A stretch of DNA of 64,000 bases, taken from an uncultured Thermodesulfobacteriota bacterium. GTDB lineage: Bacteria; Desulfobacterota; WTBG01; CAIYCZ01; CAIRTM01. The position numbers were made by a program, and so were the translations under genes. Shown piece by piece: positions 10,750 to 20,031 of the stretch. Within the stretch, counting starts at the first letter, position 1. Each line of letters begins with the position of its first letter. The stretch is taken from positions 18,747 through 82,746 of the forward strand of contig CAYLYF010000001.1 in NCBI GenBank assembly GCA_964387595.1. The letters are read 5' to 3'. The notes below the pieces were generated by a model. It was given only the letters and a program-made list of their open reading frames with translations. It had not been told where the DNA came from and made no database searches.

Positions 10750-11910
10750 TTAAGGTTTATCAATTATTTGAACCTGGCTTCCTTCAAGGAGCCTTTCCCT
10801 GCCGGAGACAACGACTATCTGGTTCGGACTGATGCCTTTGCTGATCACGACGTTTGTTCCGATAAAAGATGAAGGGATGATCTTTGTTCTGTGTGCCGTA
10901 TTGTCTTTGATTGTCCATGCATAATAAACCCCGTTATTTTCATAGATCGCTTCTTCGGGAAGTGAGATCACGTTTGAGAAGTTGTCCGTATTTATGGTCG
11001 TTCTTGCAACCATTCCGGGCTTTAAAATAGGATCTTTGTCATTGTTTATCATTATTTCCGCCGGAAAGGACAGGGTCTTGTCGTCTGCTTTTGTGCCTAC
11101 ACTGTCTATGGTTCCCCTGTATTTTTTGCCGGGATAGGCATCTGTTTCTATGATGACTTCCTGATCTTTCTGGAGCCGTGCCACCACCTGTTCAGAAACA
11201 CCGATTTTTATTTTTACCTTGTCTATGGCCACAACTGTTGCCACCATTGTTCCCAGTCCCACATTTGATCCGATGTCAACGGTGCGTTCTGCCAGTATTC
11301 CTTTAAAAGGGCTTTTTATCAGTGTTTCGCGCAGTTCTCGCTGCGCGATTTTAAGGGCGGCTTTGGAAGACTTTAAAAGTGCTCTTTTGGTTTTTTCATT
11401 TGCTTTTGCCGCATCAAATTCAAACTCTGAAATGACCTTTTTATCAAAAAGATTTTTCTTCCGGGCAAGGTCCTTTTTGCCCACATCATGGGCAGCTTCA
11501 AGCTGCAGTACATTTGCTTCAGCCTGTTCAACAGTGTATCCCAGTACTTCGTCATCGATTTTAAGGATGGGATCGCCGGGTTCGAGCGGATCACCAATCT
11601 TTGCATTGATTGATTTTACTTTTCCGGACACTTCTGAAAGTATCCGGGCCTGCTGCCTTGCCTGGATCACACCTGAATACTTTATGAATTTTGAGATGTC
11701 TCCCGGTTTTGCCTTTACAACCCTTACCGGCACAAGGCTTTCTGTTTTTATTGAGGCGTCGGACCTCTGCAAAGCTTTCTTTTTTATTGTGCGTCCGGCA
11801 AGAAGACAGATAAAGAGTAAAACCAGGACCAGTGGAATAATGATCCATATCCTTTTTTGCTTTTCCAGTTTGTGATTTACAGGTTTTTTCGGGCTTAGCG
11901 GTTCAGTCAT
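10750..11910 (-). CDS. RND efflux membrane fusion protein (HlyD/AcrA family)
   Basis: 386 aa. N-terminal TM, coiled-coil and lipoyl/beta-barrel domains typical of membrane fusion proteins. Confidence 0.85.
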   Translation of the reverse strand: MTEPLSPKKPVNHKLEKQKRIWIIIPLVLVLLFICLLAGRTIKKKALQRSDASIKTESLVPVRVVKAKPGDISKFIKYSGVIQARQQARILSEVSGKVKSINAKIGDPLEPGDPILKIDDEVLGYTVEQAEANVLQLEAAHDVGKKDLARKKNLFDKKVISEFEFDAAKANEKTKRALLKSSKAALKIAQRELRETLIKSPFKGILAERTVDIGSNVGLGTMVATVVAIDKVKIKIGVSEQVVARLQKDQEVIIETDAYPGKKYRGTIDSVGTKADDKTLSFPAEIMINNDKDPILKPGMVARTTINTDNFSNVISLPEEAIYENNGVYYAWTIKDNTAHRTKIIPSSFIGTNVVISKGISPNQIVVVSGRERLLEGSQVQIIDKP

Positions 11911-12277
11911 AATTAAAGAGTTTCACGTTTTAGTTTTGTCGGCTTTGTAAAAACCAATGTTGTGGGTTAAAGCCGGCTTTCAGTTCTTTTCTGAGGGCGG
12001 GCTGCGTTCATATATATCTGGTCCAAACCTTCTGGTTACCCTGCTCTGCAGCAGATGCTTTTTACCAGGCCTTGTTTCTGCGTCTGGTTTTACTTATTAT
12101 TGAAGGTTCAGATTATTGCAAAATAGAGAAAAAGTAAAGGAAAATTTGAGTATTGTGTGATTTGAGGGGCTTCATCCGGACGGTAAAAGTTAAAAATATA
12201 AAAATAAACAGGATCATATTAAATTAATAAAAAGCCGGACAGAACGCCAGTTATGAAACCTCTTAAAAGGCAGGGCC

Positions 12278-13672
12278 TTATGATGCAATTGGAAGGGTGA
12301 AGGAGATGCGGGTGCCTTCCCCCGGTTTGCTTTCAGCACTTATTTTTCCGCCGTGAGCTTTGGTGAACTGTCTGGCAATGGCAAGTCCCAGCCCCGTTCC
12401 TCCGGTTGAGCGGGACCTTGATTTATCGATCCGGTAGAATCTTTTAAAGATATGAGGCAGTTTTTCTTCGGGAATTCCATGTCCATTATCCTTCACCCAT
12501 ACTTCGACCATTTTCTCCTGCTTTTCCGCACCTATTTCTATTGTTCCGCTTTCAGGGGTATATTTTATGGCATTGGTTAAAATGTTGGACAGGACCTGAC
12601 CGATTCTCTTCGGGTCGATCATAACTTCAGGCAGGTTGTTGCTGACAGACTGTATGAGATTTATATTGTTTTCTTTTGTTCTCAGTATGAAAAGAGAAGC
12701 TGTGTCGGAGATGATCGCTTTTATTTTATACGGAGTAAAGGACATCTCAACCTGATTAAGTTCCAGTCTTGAAAGTATGGAAAGATCTGCGATCAGCTGG
12801 TCAAGATTATTAACATCAGTACATATTGCCTTCAAATGCTGATTTTGTTCATCTTTATCCATCTTTCTATCGATAAGAATTTCTGCATCAGAAAGAATCC
12901 TTGCCAGAGGGGATCTGATCTCATGGGATATGTCTGCAAAAAGTTCTTTTCTTGAATTTTGGAGCTCTTCAAGACTTTGTGACATGTCGTTAAATGTTTC
13001 TGCAAGCAGGCCCACTTCGTCATGTGACCGTATCTGCACTTTTATGCCGAAGCGTCCTTTTGCCATTTCCCGGGCAACTCTGGTGAGTTCCCGCATCGGC
13101 TTTGTCAGGTATCGTGACAGAAAACCTGTAAGTCCGCCTAGGATAATAATTGCGATAATTTCCGGAAGGCCTCTTGGCAGGACTCTTTGCAGATGTCTTG
13201 TCCTTGGATAATAGCTTTGGACAATGCCGATCACCTCGTTATTTTTTTTCAGAGGAACAGATACAATTGGGGTTAATATCCAGAAATGATAACTTTTCTG
13301 GATGTCCCAGCCATTTTTTAAGGCGGATTTAATGGTCTGCGAATGGTCACCGGTTGTTTTTTTCAGGCCTTCTTCGATGAAAGAGGCAAGCTCATTACCT
13401 TTCGTATCCAAAACCATTATGTCGGCTTCTTCATTTACGTGCAGAGTCTCTATAATATTTTTAAGCGAAGAATTGCTGTTTTCAAGCGCGGTTGTGATCC
13501 GGTCGGCATGGAGCTTTGTCTGGTTTATGAGGCTTTTTTTTGTCTGAGTATGGATTTCTGTAAGGGGGGCAAATCCAGAATAAAGCATGCCGAGAATGAC
13601 GGAGGTCAGCAAAATGAATAATAAAATAGTAAAAAAAAGTTTCCAGTAAATACTGATGCGGATGTTTTTCAT
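12278..13672 (-). CDS. sensor histidine kinase (TM-HAMP-HisKA-HATPase)
   Basis: 464 aa. H-box SHEIRSPL. N/G boxes DNGHGIP and GGTGLGLAI. Two TM segments. Confidence 0.85.
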   Translation of the reverse strand: MKNIRISIYWKLFFTILLFILLTSVILGMLYSGFAPLTEIHTQTKKSLINQTKLHADRITTALENSNSSLKNIIETLHVNEEADIMVLDTKGNELASFIEEGLKKTTGDHSQTIKSALKNGWDIQKSYHFWILTPIVSVPLKKNNEVIGIVQSYYPRTRHLQRVLPRGLPEIIAIIILGGLTGFLSRYLTKPMRELTRVAREMAKGRFGIKVQIRSHDEVGLLAETFNDMSQSLEELQNSRKELFADISHEIRSPLARILSDAEILIDRKMDKDEQNQHLKAICTDVNNLDQLIADLSILSRLELNQVEMSFTPYKIKAIISDTASLFILRTKENNINLIQSVSNNLPEVMIDPKRIGQVLSNILTNAIKYTPESGTIEIGAEKQEKMVEVWVKDNGHGIPEEKLPHIFKRFYRIDKSRSRSTGGTGLGLAIARQFTKAHGGKISAESKPGEGTRISFTLPIAS

Positions 13673-13673
13673 C

Positions 13674-14381
13674 TTATTCAGCGATAAACTTATATCCGGT
13701 TCCCCAGACAGTTATTATGTAGGACGGATTTTTGGGTGAGTCCTCTAGCTTTTTTCGAAGATGACTTATGTGTGCGTCAACCGAACGGTCAAAGGGTTCC
13801 AGTTCACGGTCTCTTAATTCATCAAGAAGTTTGTCCCGGCTGAAAACGATTCCGGGCTGGGACATCATCATCCACAGCAGGTTGAACTCGGTGCCGGTTA
13901 AGGTAAGAGGAGATCCCTTTTTTAAGACTTCTCTTTTTGAAGGATTCAGGCTGATGTCTCTGCAGGAGAGGATATCTTCTTTTGTTTCAGAAACTTCATT
14001 GGGCGGAGCAGGTCTTCTTAACCGTGCTTTTATTCTTGCCTGGAGTTCGCGCAGGCTGAAAGGTTTGGTGAGATAATCATCTGCTCCGACTTCAAGTCCT
14101 GCAACGATATCAGGCTCCTCTCCGCGGGCTGTAAGCATGATAACCGGAACACAGCTTGTTTTTCTGATTTCTCTGCAGACATCAAGCCCGTCGATTTCAG
14201 GCATCATAAGATCGAGGATTACCAGGTCCGGTGAAAAAGACCCCATTTTTTTTAAGCCTTCAGTGCCGTTATATGCGGCTTCTGTTCGGTAGTTAAAATC
14301 TTTTAAATAAGTTGAAACATTTTTTACCAGTCTTGCATCATCATCTATTATTAGTATCTTGTTCATAACTCCTGTTTTCAA
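13674..14381 (-). CDS. OmpR-family DNA-binding response regulator
   Basis: 235 aa. Receiver domain (DLMMPEIDG, KPF) plus a C-terminal winged helix (TVWGTGYKF). Confidence 0.9.
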   Translation of the reverse strand: MKTGVMNKILIIDDDARLVKNVSTYLKDFNYRTEAAYNGTEGLKKMGSFSPDLVILDLMMPEIDGLDVCREIRKTSCVPVIMLTARGEEPDIVAGLEVGADDYLTKPFSLRELQARIKARLRRPAPPNEVSETKEDILSCRDISLNPSKREVLKKGSPLTLTGTEFNLLWMMMSQPGIVFSRDKLLDELRDRELEPFDRSVDAHISHLRKKLEDSPKNPSYIITVWGTGYKFIAE

Positions 14382-14496
14382 TAAAATAAATATAAAATGA
14401 ACATTAAGTTAAACTCTGTTTTTTAATCCAATATTAAATTATTATAACATAAGCAGTTAAAATAAACATCAAACAATAAAATTACCTAGAATTTTA

Positions 14497-14829
14497 TTGT
14501 TTCCAGCTATTTTTTTTGTTAGATTAGTTATTAAAAAAATAAATATTTTGATCATTGAAGATGAAAAAGCTGTCAGTGAAATGTTTGAGGAACTGCTTAT
14601 AAGCGAAAGGCATGAAGTGGCTGTTGCCTGTGATGGAAATCAGGGGCTTGATATTTTCAGAAAAAAGAAGTTTGATCTTGTTTTTACGGATCTTGCAATG
14701 TCTGGAATGTCAGGCTGGCAGGTCGCAAAAGAGATAAAAAAGATTGACGACGCGGTGCCGGTCATTTTAACAACCGGTTATGAAATTAAATCTTCAGAAA
14801 AAGATGCTGATAAAAAAATGTTGATATAA
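14497..14829 (+). CDS. stand-alone CheY-like receiver domain protein, apparently frameshifted at an A7 run; the intact product would extend to 14924
   Basis: Phosphoacceptor region DLVFTDLAMSGMSG. The receiver C-terminus (IIKKPFTVSRIIAVILEALKK) is encoded in another frame from 14814 to 14924. Confidence 0.6.
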   Translation: MFPAIFFVRLVIKKINILIIEDEKAVSEMFEELLISERHEVAVACDGNQGLDIFRKKKFDLVFTDLAMSGMSGWQVAKEIKKIDDAVPVILTTGYEIKSSEKDADKKMLI

Positions 14830-14941
14830 TTATAAAAAAGCCTTTTACTGTTAGTAGAATAATAGCGGTTATTCTGGAAGCATTAAAAAAAAGAGACAGG
14901 ACCTCTGAAAAACCGAACAAATAAAGACGGGATGAAAAGAG

Positions 14942-15874
14942 ATGAAAACCAGTGAAGTGATCAGAAAAAAAATTGATAACGATGATGGAACCGCAACCCT
15001 TGTTTTTTACAGTGGCGGAAAAGAGGTCGCAAAAACAGTCGTTGACAAGAATTACGATGTAATAAAGCTGGAGGGTGAAATACCGGATGGTGTTGTAAAT
15101 CAGTATTATGATAATGGTAATCTCCTGGCAAAAGCGTATTATCTGTACAGCAAAAGGGAGGGGATGACCCGGATCTACCATGGAAACGGTATGCTGTGGC
15201 TTGAACTTAATTTTAGTGATGACAAGGCGGAAGGCGTTACCAAAGAATTTTATAAAAATGGCCGGATATACAAGGAAACAAATTTTAAAAACGGTAAAAT
15301 AGAGGGAAAGACAGTAGAATACTATGAAAACGGAAATCTAAAAAAAGAGGGTACCGTTATTAATGGTAAATCCGAAGGAATGGTTAAGGAATATTATGAA
15401 ACCGGCAATCCGTATCGAGAGTGGGAAAATGTTGCGGGTAAACCTGAGGGATTATTTAAAGAATATTGTGAAAGCGGGCAGTTAAGGGAGATTAAAAATT
15501 ATACAAATGGTGTTTTGGGAGGCCTTCATAAACAGTATTATGACAGCGGAGTTCTAAAGGGTGAATGGAACTATAAGGATGATAAAAAAGAGGGTATTGC
15601 AAGAGAATATTTTGAAAATGGTCAGATAAAATATATTGATACCTATAAAAAAGACCAGAGAATAGACCGGAAAGCATATCTTGATCAGGCAGAAGGAAAA
15701 AAAGAGGTTAAAGGTGGACAGGGCATTGATGAGCTTAAAAATATAATCTTATCGCAAAATGAAAGTTATATAGCATATCAGGACCAGATACTTGAGAGGC
15801 TTCGGCTTGTTGATAAAAGGATCTCCGGTCTGGAAAATGTAGTTTCTGAGCTGCGTGATCTTTTGAAAAAATAG
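14942..15874 (+). CDS. MORN-repeat (MORN_2/YwqK-like) protein with C-terminal coiled coil
   Basis: 310 aa with 7-8 repeats of the Y-x-N-G-x-L/K-x-E-G type. No signal peptide. Confidence 0.75.
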   Translation: MKTSEVIRKKIDNDDGTATLVFYSGGKEVAKTVVDKNYDVIKLEGEIPDGVVNQYYDNGNLLAKAYYLYSKREGMTRIYHGNGMLWLELNFSDDKAEGVTKEFYKNGRIYKETNFKNGKIEGKTVEYYENGNLKKEGTVINGKSEGMVKEYYETGNPYREWENVAGKPEGLFKEYCESGQLREIKNYTNGVLGGLHKQYYDSGVLKGEWNYKDDKKEGIAREYFENGQIKYIDTYKKDQRIDRKAYLDQAEGKKEVKGGQGIDELKNIILSQNESYIAYQDQILERLRLVDKRISGLENVVSELRDLLKK

Positions 15875-15922
15875 GGTGGAGAAACCGGAGAGGGTGGTAG
15901 CTCAGTTAAGAAAGGCTGATCT

Positions 15923-16375
15923 TTGATTAAACTTTATCTTGCAGGGCCGCTTTTTACCCGGGCAGAGCAAAACTGGCTAAGAAACCTAAAGGCAGAGATT
16001 GAGTCTCTTGCTGTCAGTAAAGGTAAAGAAATTGATGCTGTGTGGCCCTATGAACTTGTCTCTCAAGAAGACCTTGAAAAATGGGGAGACAGGTCAAAAC
16101 ACAAGATCTTTTCTTTGTGTGAAAAACATCTGAAAGAAACGGATGTTTTAATTGCGCTTCTTGACGGGCCCCTTGTGGATGACGGTACTTCCTGGGAGAT
16201 CGGCTATTTTTATTCCATCAGAAAAGACGGGCAGCCCATACTTGGGATAAGGACGGATTTCAGGAGCGCAGGAGATGTGCCGGGCGCACAGGTCAACCTT
16301 ATGATCGACTGTTCCTGCGACCTTATCTTTTCCTCATCTGAAGCACTTTTAAAGAAGCTGGAAGAAATTTTTTAA
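15923..16375 (+). CDS. nucleoside 2-deoxyribosyltransferase-like protein
   Basis: 150 aa. YLAGPLF N-terminus and DGPLVDDGTSWEIGYFYS catalytic-region motif of the Nuc_deoxyrib_tr fold. TTG start. Confidence 0.7.
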   Translation: MIKLYLAGPLFTRAEQNWLRNLKAEIESLAVSKGKEIDAVWPYELVSQEDLEKWGDRSKHKIFSLCEKHLKETDVLIALLDGPLVDDGTSWEIGYFYSIRKDGQPILGIRTDFRSAGDVPGAQVNLMIDCSCDLIFSSSEALLKKLEEIF

Positions 16376-16416
16376 AAGCGTCTTTTTTAAGGGGGCTTTC
16401 CGGTGTAACCGTTACC

Positions 16417-16707
16417 CTATATCTCTTCTGTAATTCTTAAAAACTCTTCAATCGGCAGGGCCTGGAGCGTCTTTGGAACGATTCTTCCGGAGGCAGCTAT
16501 TTTAAGTATGGTTGACGCAAGGGTGCTTTTGTTGGGCATTTCCATTATGGTGATAATATCATATTCTCCTATCAGGCCGTAGATCTTAACCAGCTTTCCG
16601 CCGTTTGCTTCTATGATCTTTTTTACGGCTTCAAAGCGTAAGGCCGTATTTTTTATATCTCTAAGTCCTTCTGATGTATATTTCCATAGTGTGATAAAAA
16701 GCGGCAT
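16417..16707 (-). CDS. GYD domain protein
   Basis: MPLFITLWKYTSEG...GEYDIITIMEMPN matches the GYD family. Start refined to the internal ATG with an AAGGAG RBS. Confidence 0.7.
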   Translation of the reverse strand: MPLFITLWKYTSEGLRDIKNTALRFEAVKKIIEANGGKLVKIYGLIGEYDIITIMEMPNKSTLASTILKIAASGRIVPKTLQALPIEEFLRITEEI

Positions 16708-16878
16708 TTTGATCTCCTTTATAAAGTATTTATATTTATAATCCGCAAACCCGATACGTATGGATTTGCAATTTTTGACTGTAAAAAACCATTGCATAGT
16801 GAAAGGAGCATAGAGGAGAGCATCTTTGTTGTTTTCTTTCAGGTTTTAAACTCCATGCACTTACCGCTATGCGCTAAG

Positions 16879-18465
16879 CTATTTATCCATTGCCTCTGTT
16901 TCTTCTTTTTTAAGAATATTTTTCTGTACTTTACCGATTGATGTTCTCGGGAAGTCCTCTTTAAACTTTACAAAACCCGGAACTTTGAATTTTGCCAGCT
17001 TTTCTGCGCACCAGTCGATGATTTCCTGCTCTTCACAGGTTTCTCCCGGATTCAGGATGATCAGGGCCATGATGGCTTCGTCGCGAATGGGGTCAGGAAC
17101 GCCGATGACAACATTCTCTTTTACTTTAGGATGCAGGCTGATGACATATTCGACTTCAGTGGCGGCCACATTTTCGCCTGACCGTTTAATCATGTCTTTC
17201 TTTCGGTCAACAAAATGAAAATAACCGTCTTCGTCCATGTAGGCATTATCTCCAGTGTAGAGCCAGCCGTCCCGAATTGTTTCTGCCGTTGCTTCAGCGT
17301 TGTTATAATAGGCTTTCATCAGGGTTCTGCCGGGCACACCCTTTACAATAATCTCTCCCACGGTTCCCGGGGGCACTTCATTTCCGCTTTCATCGATTAC
17401 TTTGATGGCATTTTCTGCTCTTGGCATTCCAATACAGTTTCTTTTTAAGACACCGTCAATGGGATTAAGTGTGGTGGCGCCTAAAGTCTCTGTCATGCCC
17501 CACAAATCGCATAGCTTTGTATCAAACCTATTTTCAAATCCCTCCCATATTTCGTCAGGGATGACGATCGCATACATGACGATCCGCAGGTTGTTTTCTG
17601 CATCAAGTTTATGGGAAGGCTGGTTATAGGCCATTTTTAAGGTTGCTGCAACAAGACTGGTCGTGGTTGCACCATGCGCGCGTACCTGGGGCATGAATTT
17701 TGTTGCGCTGAACTGTTCGGCCATGATAAGTGTTGCCCCTGCGGTCAAGGTGGGCATAACTGATATGAACTGACCGTTGACATGGAAAAGGGGAAGCACA
17801 ATAAAGTGCCGGTCAGCCGGGGTTACTTTCCAGGCCTGTGCACCGAATATTCCGGCAAAGACCGCATTTGCATGGGTGAGCTGTACCGCTTTGGGCCGTG
17901 ATGTTGTTCCTGAAGTAAACAGCCACATCAGATCATCTTCGTTGTCAATTTCTGTTTCGGGTAATTCAGTGGGCGTGTCTCTTAAAAGGTCTGCCATAAC
18001 GATTGAATCGGGATAGAGCTTCTGGCTCGGGTAGCGCGGAGAGGTCCTGGATAAAAATATCTGTTTCACGCTTTTGCATTTTTCAAGAAGTCCGGTAAAG
18101 GTCTCCATATAGCCGGGCTCGGTGATAACAGCAACGGATTCAGAGTAGTTAAGATAATATTCCAGTTCAAATCCACCGGAAAACACATTGGTGGGAATCG
18201 TAACCGCACCAATTTTCCCCAGGCCAAACCATGAAAAGAGATATTCAGGGGAATTGAGCATGTGGACAACAACCTTGTCCCCTTTTTTAATGCCTTTATC
18301 AAGAAGAATATTGGCATATTTGTTAATCATCATATTAAATTCTGTGTAGCTGTAGCGGATAACATTTTCTTCCCGGTCTTCAAAAACAATACATTCCTTG
18401 TCCGGAAACTGGCTGACTTTCAGTTCGATGACGTCTCTGAGATTTTTTGTTCCGATAATGTCCAT
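16879..18465 (-). CDS. AMP-dependent acyl-CoA synthetase (long-chain fatty acid-CoA ligase-like)
   Basis: 528 aa. AMP-binding motif LFTSGTTSRPKAV. C-terminal conserved Lys region. Confidence 0.85.
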   Translation of the reverse strand: MDIIGTKNLRDVIELKVSQFPDKECIVFEDREENVIRYSYTEFNMMINKYANILLDKGIKKGDKVVVHMLNSPEYLFSWFGLGKIGAVTIPTNVFSGGFELEYYLNYSESVAVITEPGYMETFTGLLEKCKSVKQIFLSRTSPRYPSQKLYPDSIVMADLLRDTPTELPETEIDNEDDLMWLFTSGTTSRPKAVQLTHANAVFAGIFGAQAWKVTPADRHFIVLPLFHVNGQFISVMPTLTAGATLIMAEQFSATKFMPQVRAHGATTTSLVAATLKMAYNQPSHKLDAENNLRIVMYAIVIPDEIWEGFENRFDTKLCDLWGMTETLGATTLNPIDGVLKRNCIGMPRAENAIKVIDESGNEVPPGTVGEIIVKGVPGRTLMKAYYNNAEATAETIRDGWLYTGDNAYMDEDGYFHFVDRKKDMIKRSGENVAATEVEYVISLHPKVKENVVIGVPDPIRDEAIMALIILNPGETCEEQEIIDWCAEKLAKFKVPGFVKFKEDFPRTSIGKVQKNILKKEETEAMDK

Positions 18466-18856
18466 GGATCTTCCCCCTATCTTTGTTTTGGTTAAATATT
18501 ACGATATATGTTTAGTTACAATAAAAACAAATTAAATATAGAGATACGATTAATAACGATTTACACAGTTTATGATATAACTAATTAAATTTAAATATGC
18601 AAGAGAATATCTAAATAAATTAAAATCAATGTTAAATATGGTTCTACATGCTAACGCAATGGTAACTCTCATCTATTATAATATATTATAAAGAATAATT
18701 AGCAGGTTACGGAGATGCGGGAGTATGAAGGTAAATATTAGGGGATTTGTATAATAATGTTTTGTGAAAAATTCGGAAATTTCTAGAAAATAAAAAAATA
18801 TAAGGTGATTTAAAATTGATTTGGATTAGCCGCAGTATATTTTGAATTGTAAAAAA

Positions 18857-19846
18857 CTAAGGAGAAAGAAGTTTAATAAGAGAATGATATTCTCCGGCAC
18901 CTATCTGTTCTGCCCCTTCCTTGCCATAATCAGGGAAATTAACGCTTCCAACTGGTTGAAAAACGTAGATATTGGTAAAATCGGCATATCCAAAACCCAG
19001 CTCGCCGTTACTATTACTACCGGCTGCCAAAAGAGAGCCGTCGCAGTTTAAAACGGAGAAGCTGGCGCCACAGCCCATGTTTGTTACAGAAGAAAGAATA
19101 ATCTCGGGCGTTTCAGCATAGTCGCCGCCCGAATCGCTTCCTAAACCGATCTGTCTATTAGTATTACTCCAGCAGGCATAAAGAGCGCCTGTGGTCAGGC
19201 GGATCAGGGTATGCCTTAACCCGGCCCTGGCAAAATCAACACCCGTTTTACTTTGGACTAAAGTTTTATAATCATTATTACCGTCTGTATGAATGGTGCC
19301 GTCAGTTGCAAGATAAACTGTAAATGAAACACCTCCGGCAACCTGTACCACGTTGTCAGCCAGTTTAGTCCATTCAGTGACCGGATTATTGTGTCCAAGC
19401 CCAAGCTGGCCATCAAAATTAGATCCCACACCCCACAGCTCATCTGTGTCCGTAATGACATAAGAATTATATCGTGTTGCACAGATGCTATTTACTGTTC
19501 CTGAAAAGGTGCAGGCTGTCCAGGTGCTCCTGTTTATATTTGTTCCGTCACCCCGCTGATAGCTGCTGTTGCTGCCCGTTGCAAATAAAGTATAGTCGGC
19601 TGTTATCAGAAAGAGCTCGCTCTCATCAAAAACATCCGGGCCATCAGCAGAAGCTATTTTTATTATATAATCACTTTCGGCGACGCCTTCTACCGTCCAG
19701 TAAAAGCTGTCGGTATTCGGCGCAGGATTTGAAATGGTAATTGTCTGGGCATAAGAGGTTTGATCCATATCTAAAACTGCAAAGGTTAAAAACATTGCAG
19801 CAGTCATAAACAGGGGCAAAAAATATTTTATGTTTTTAAAGCGCAT
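18857..19846 (-). CDS. secreted RCC1-repeat (beta-propeller) protein
   Basis: N-terminal signal peptide. Several GxLGLG / GELGFG RCC1-type blades. Confidence 0.7.
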   Translation of the reverse strand: MRFKNIKYFLPLFMTAAMFLTFAVLDMDQTSYAQTITISNPAPNTDSFYWTVEGVAESDYIIKIASADGPDVFDESELFLITADYTLFATGSNSSYQRGDGTNINRSTWTACTFSGTVNSICATRYNSYVITDTDELWGVGSNFDGQLGLGHNNPVTEWTKLADNVVQVAGGVSFTVYLATDGTIHTDGNNDYKTLVQSKTGVDFARAGLRHTLIRLTTGALYACWSNTNRQIGLGSDSGGDYAETPEIILSSVTNMGCGASFSVLNCDGSLLAAGSNSNGELGFGYADFTNIYVFQPVGSVNFPDYGKEGAEQIGAGEYHSLIKLLSP

Positions 19847-20031
19847 ATAAATTACTCCCCCAAAGATTTATAAAGCCTATTTATAGTATATATTAAATTC
19901 TCATCGATTTATCCATGGGTGTAAACCCCCGGATATTTTGGGTGTTTATGGTTTGTTATGGTTTTACGGTGTGTTAAAGATGTTTTGGTAATACAGGCAA
20001 AGCGGAAATAAAATAGAGTGAAGAAGGGGGT

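Noticed and set aside
18466-18856. AT-rich 390-bp spacer considered as a possible CRISPR leader or array, or mobile-element remnant
   Set aside because: No direct repeats of CRISPR size or spacing, no inverted terminal repeats, and no transposase or integrase nearby. Probably a promoter region or HGT scar.
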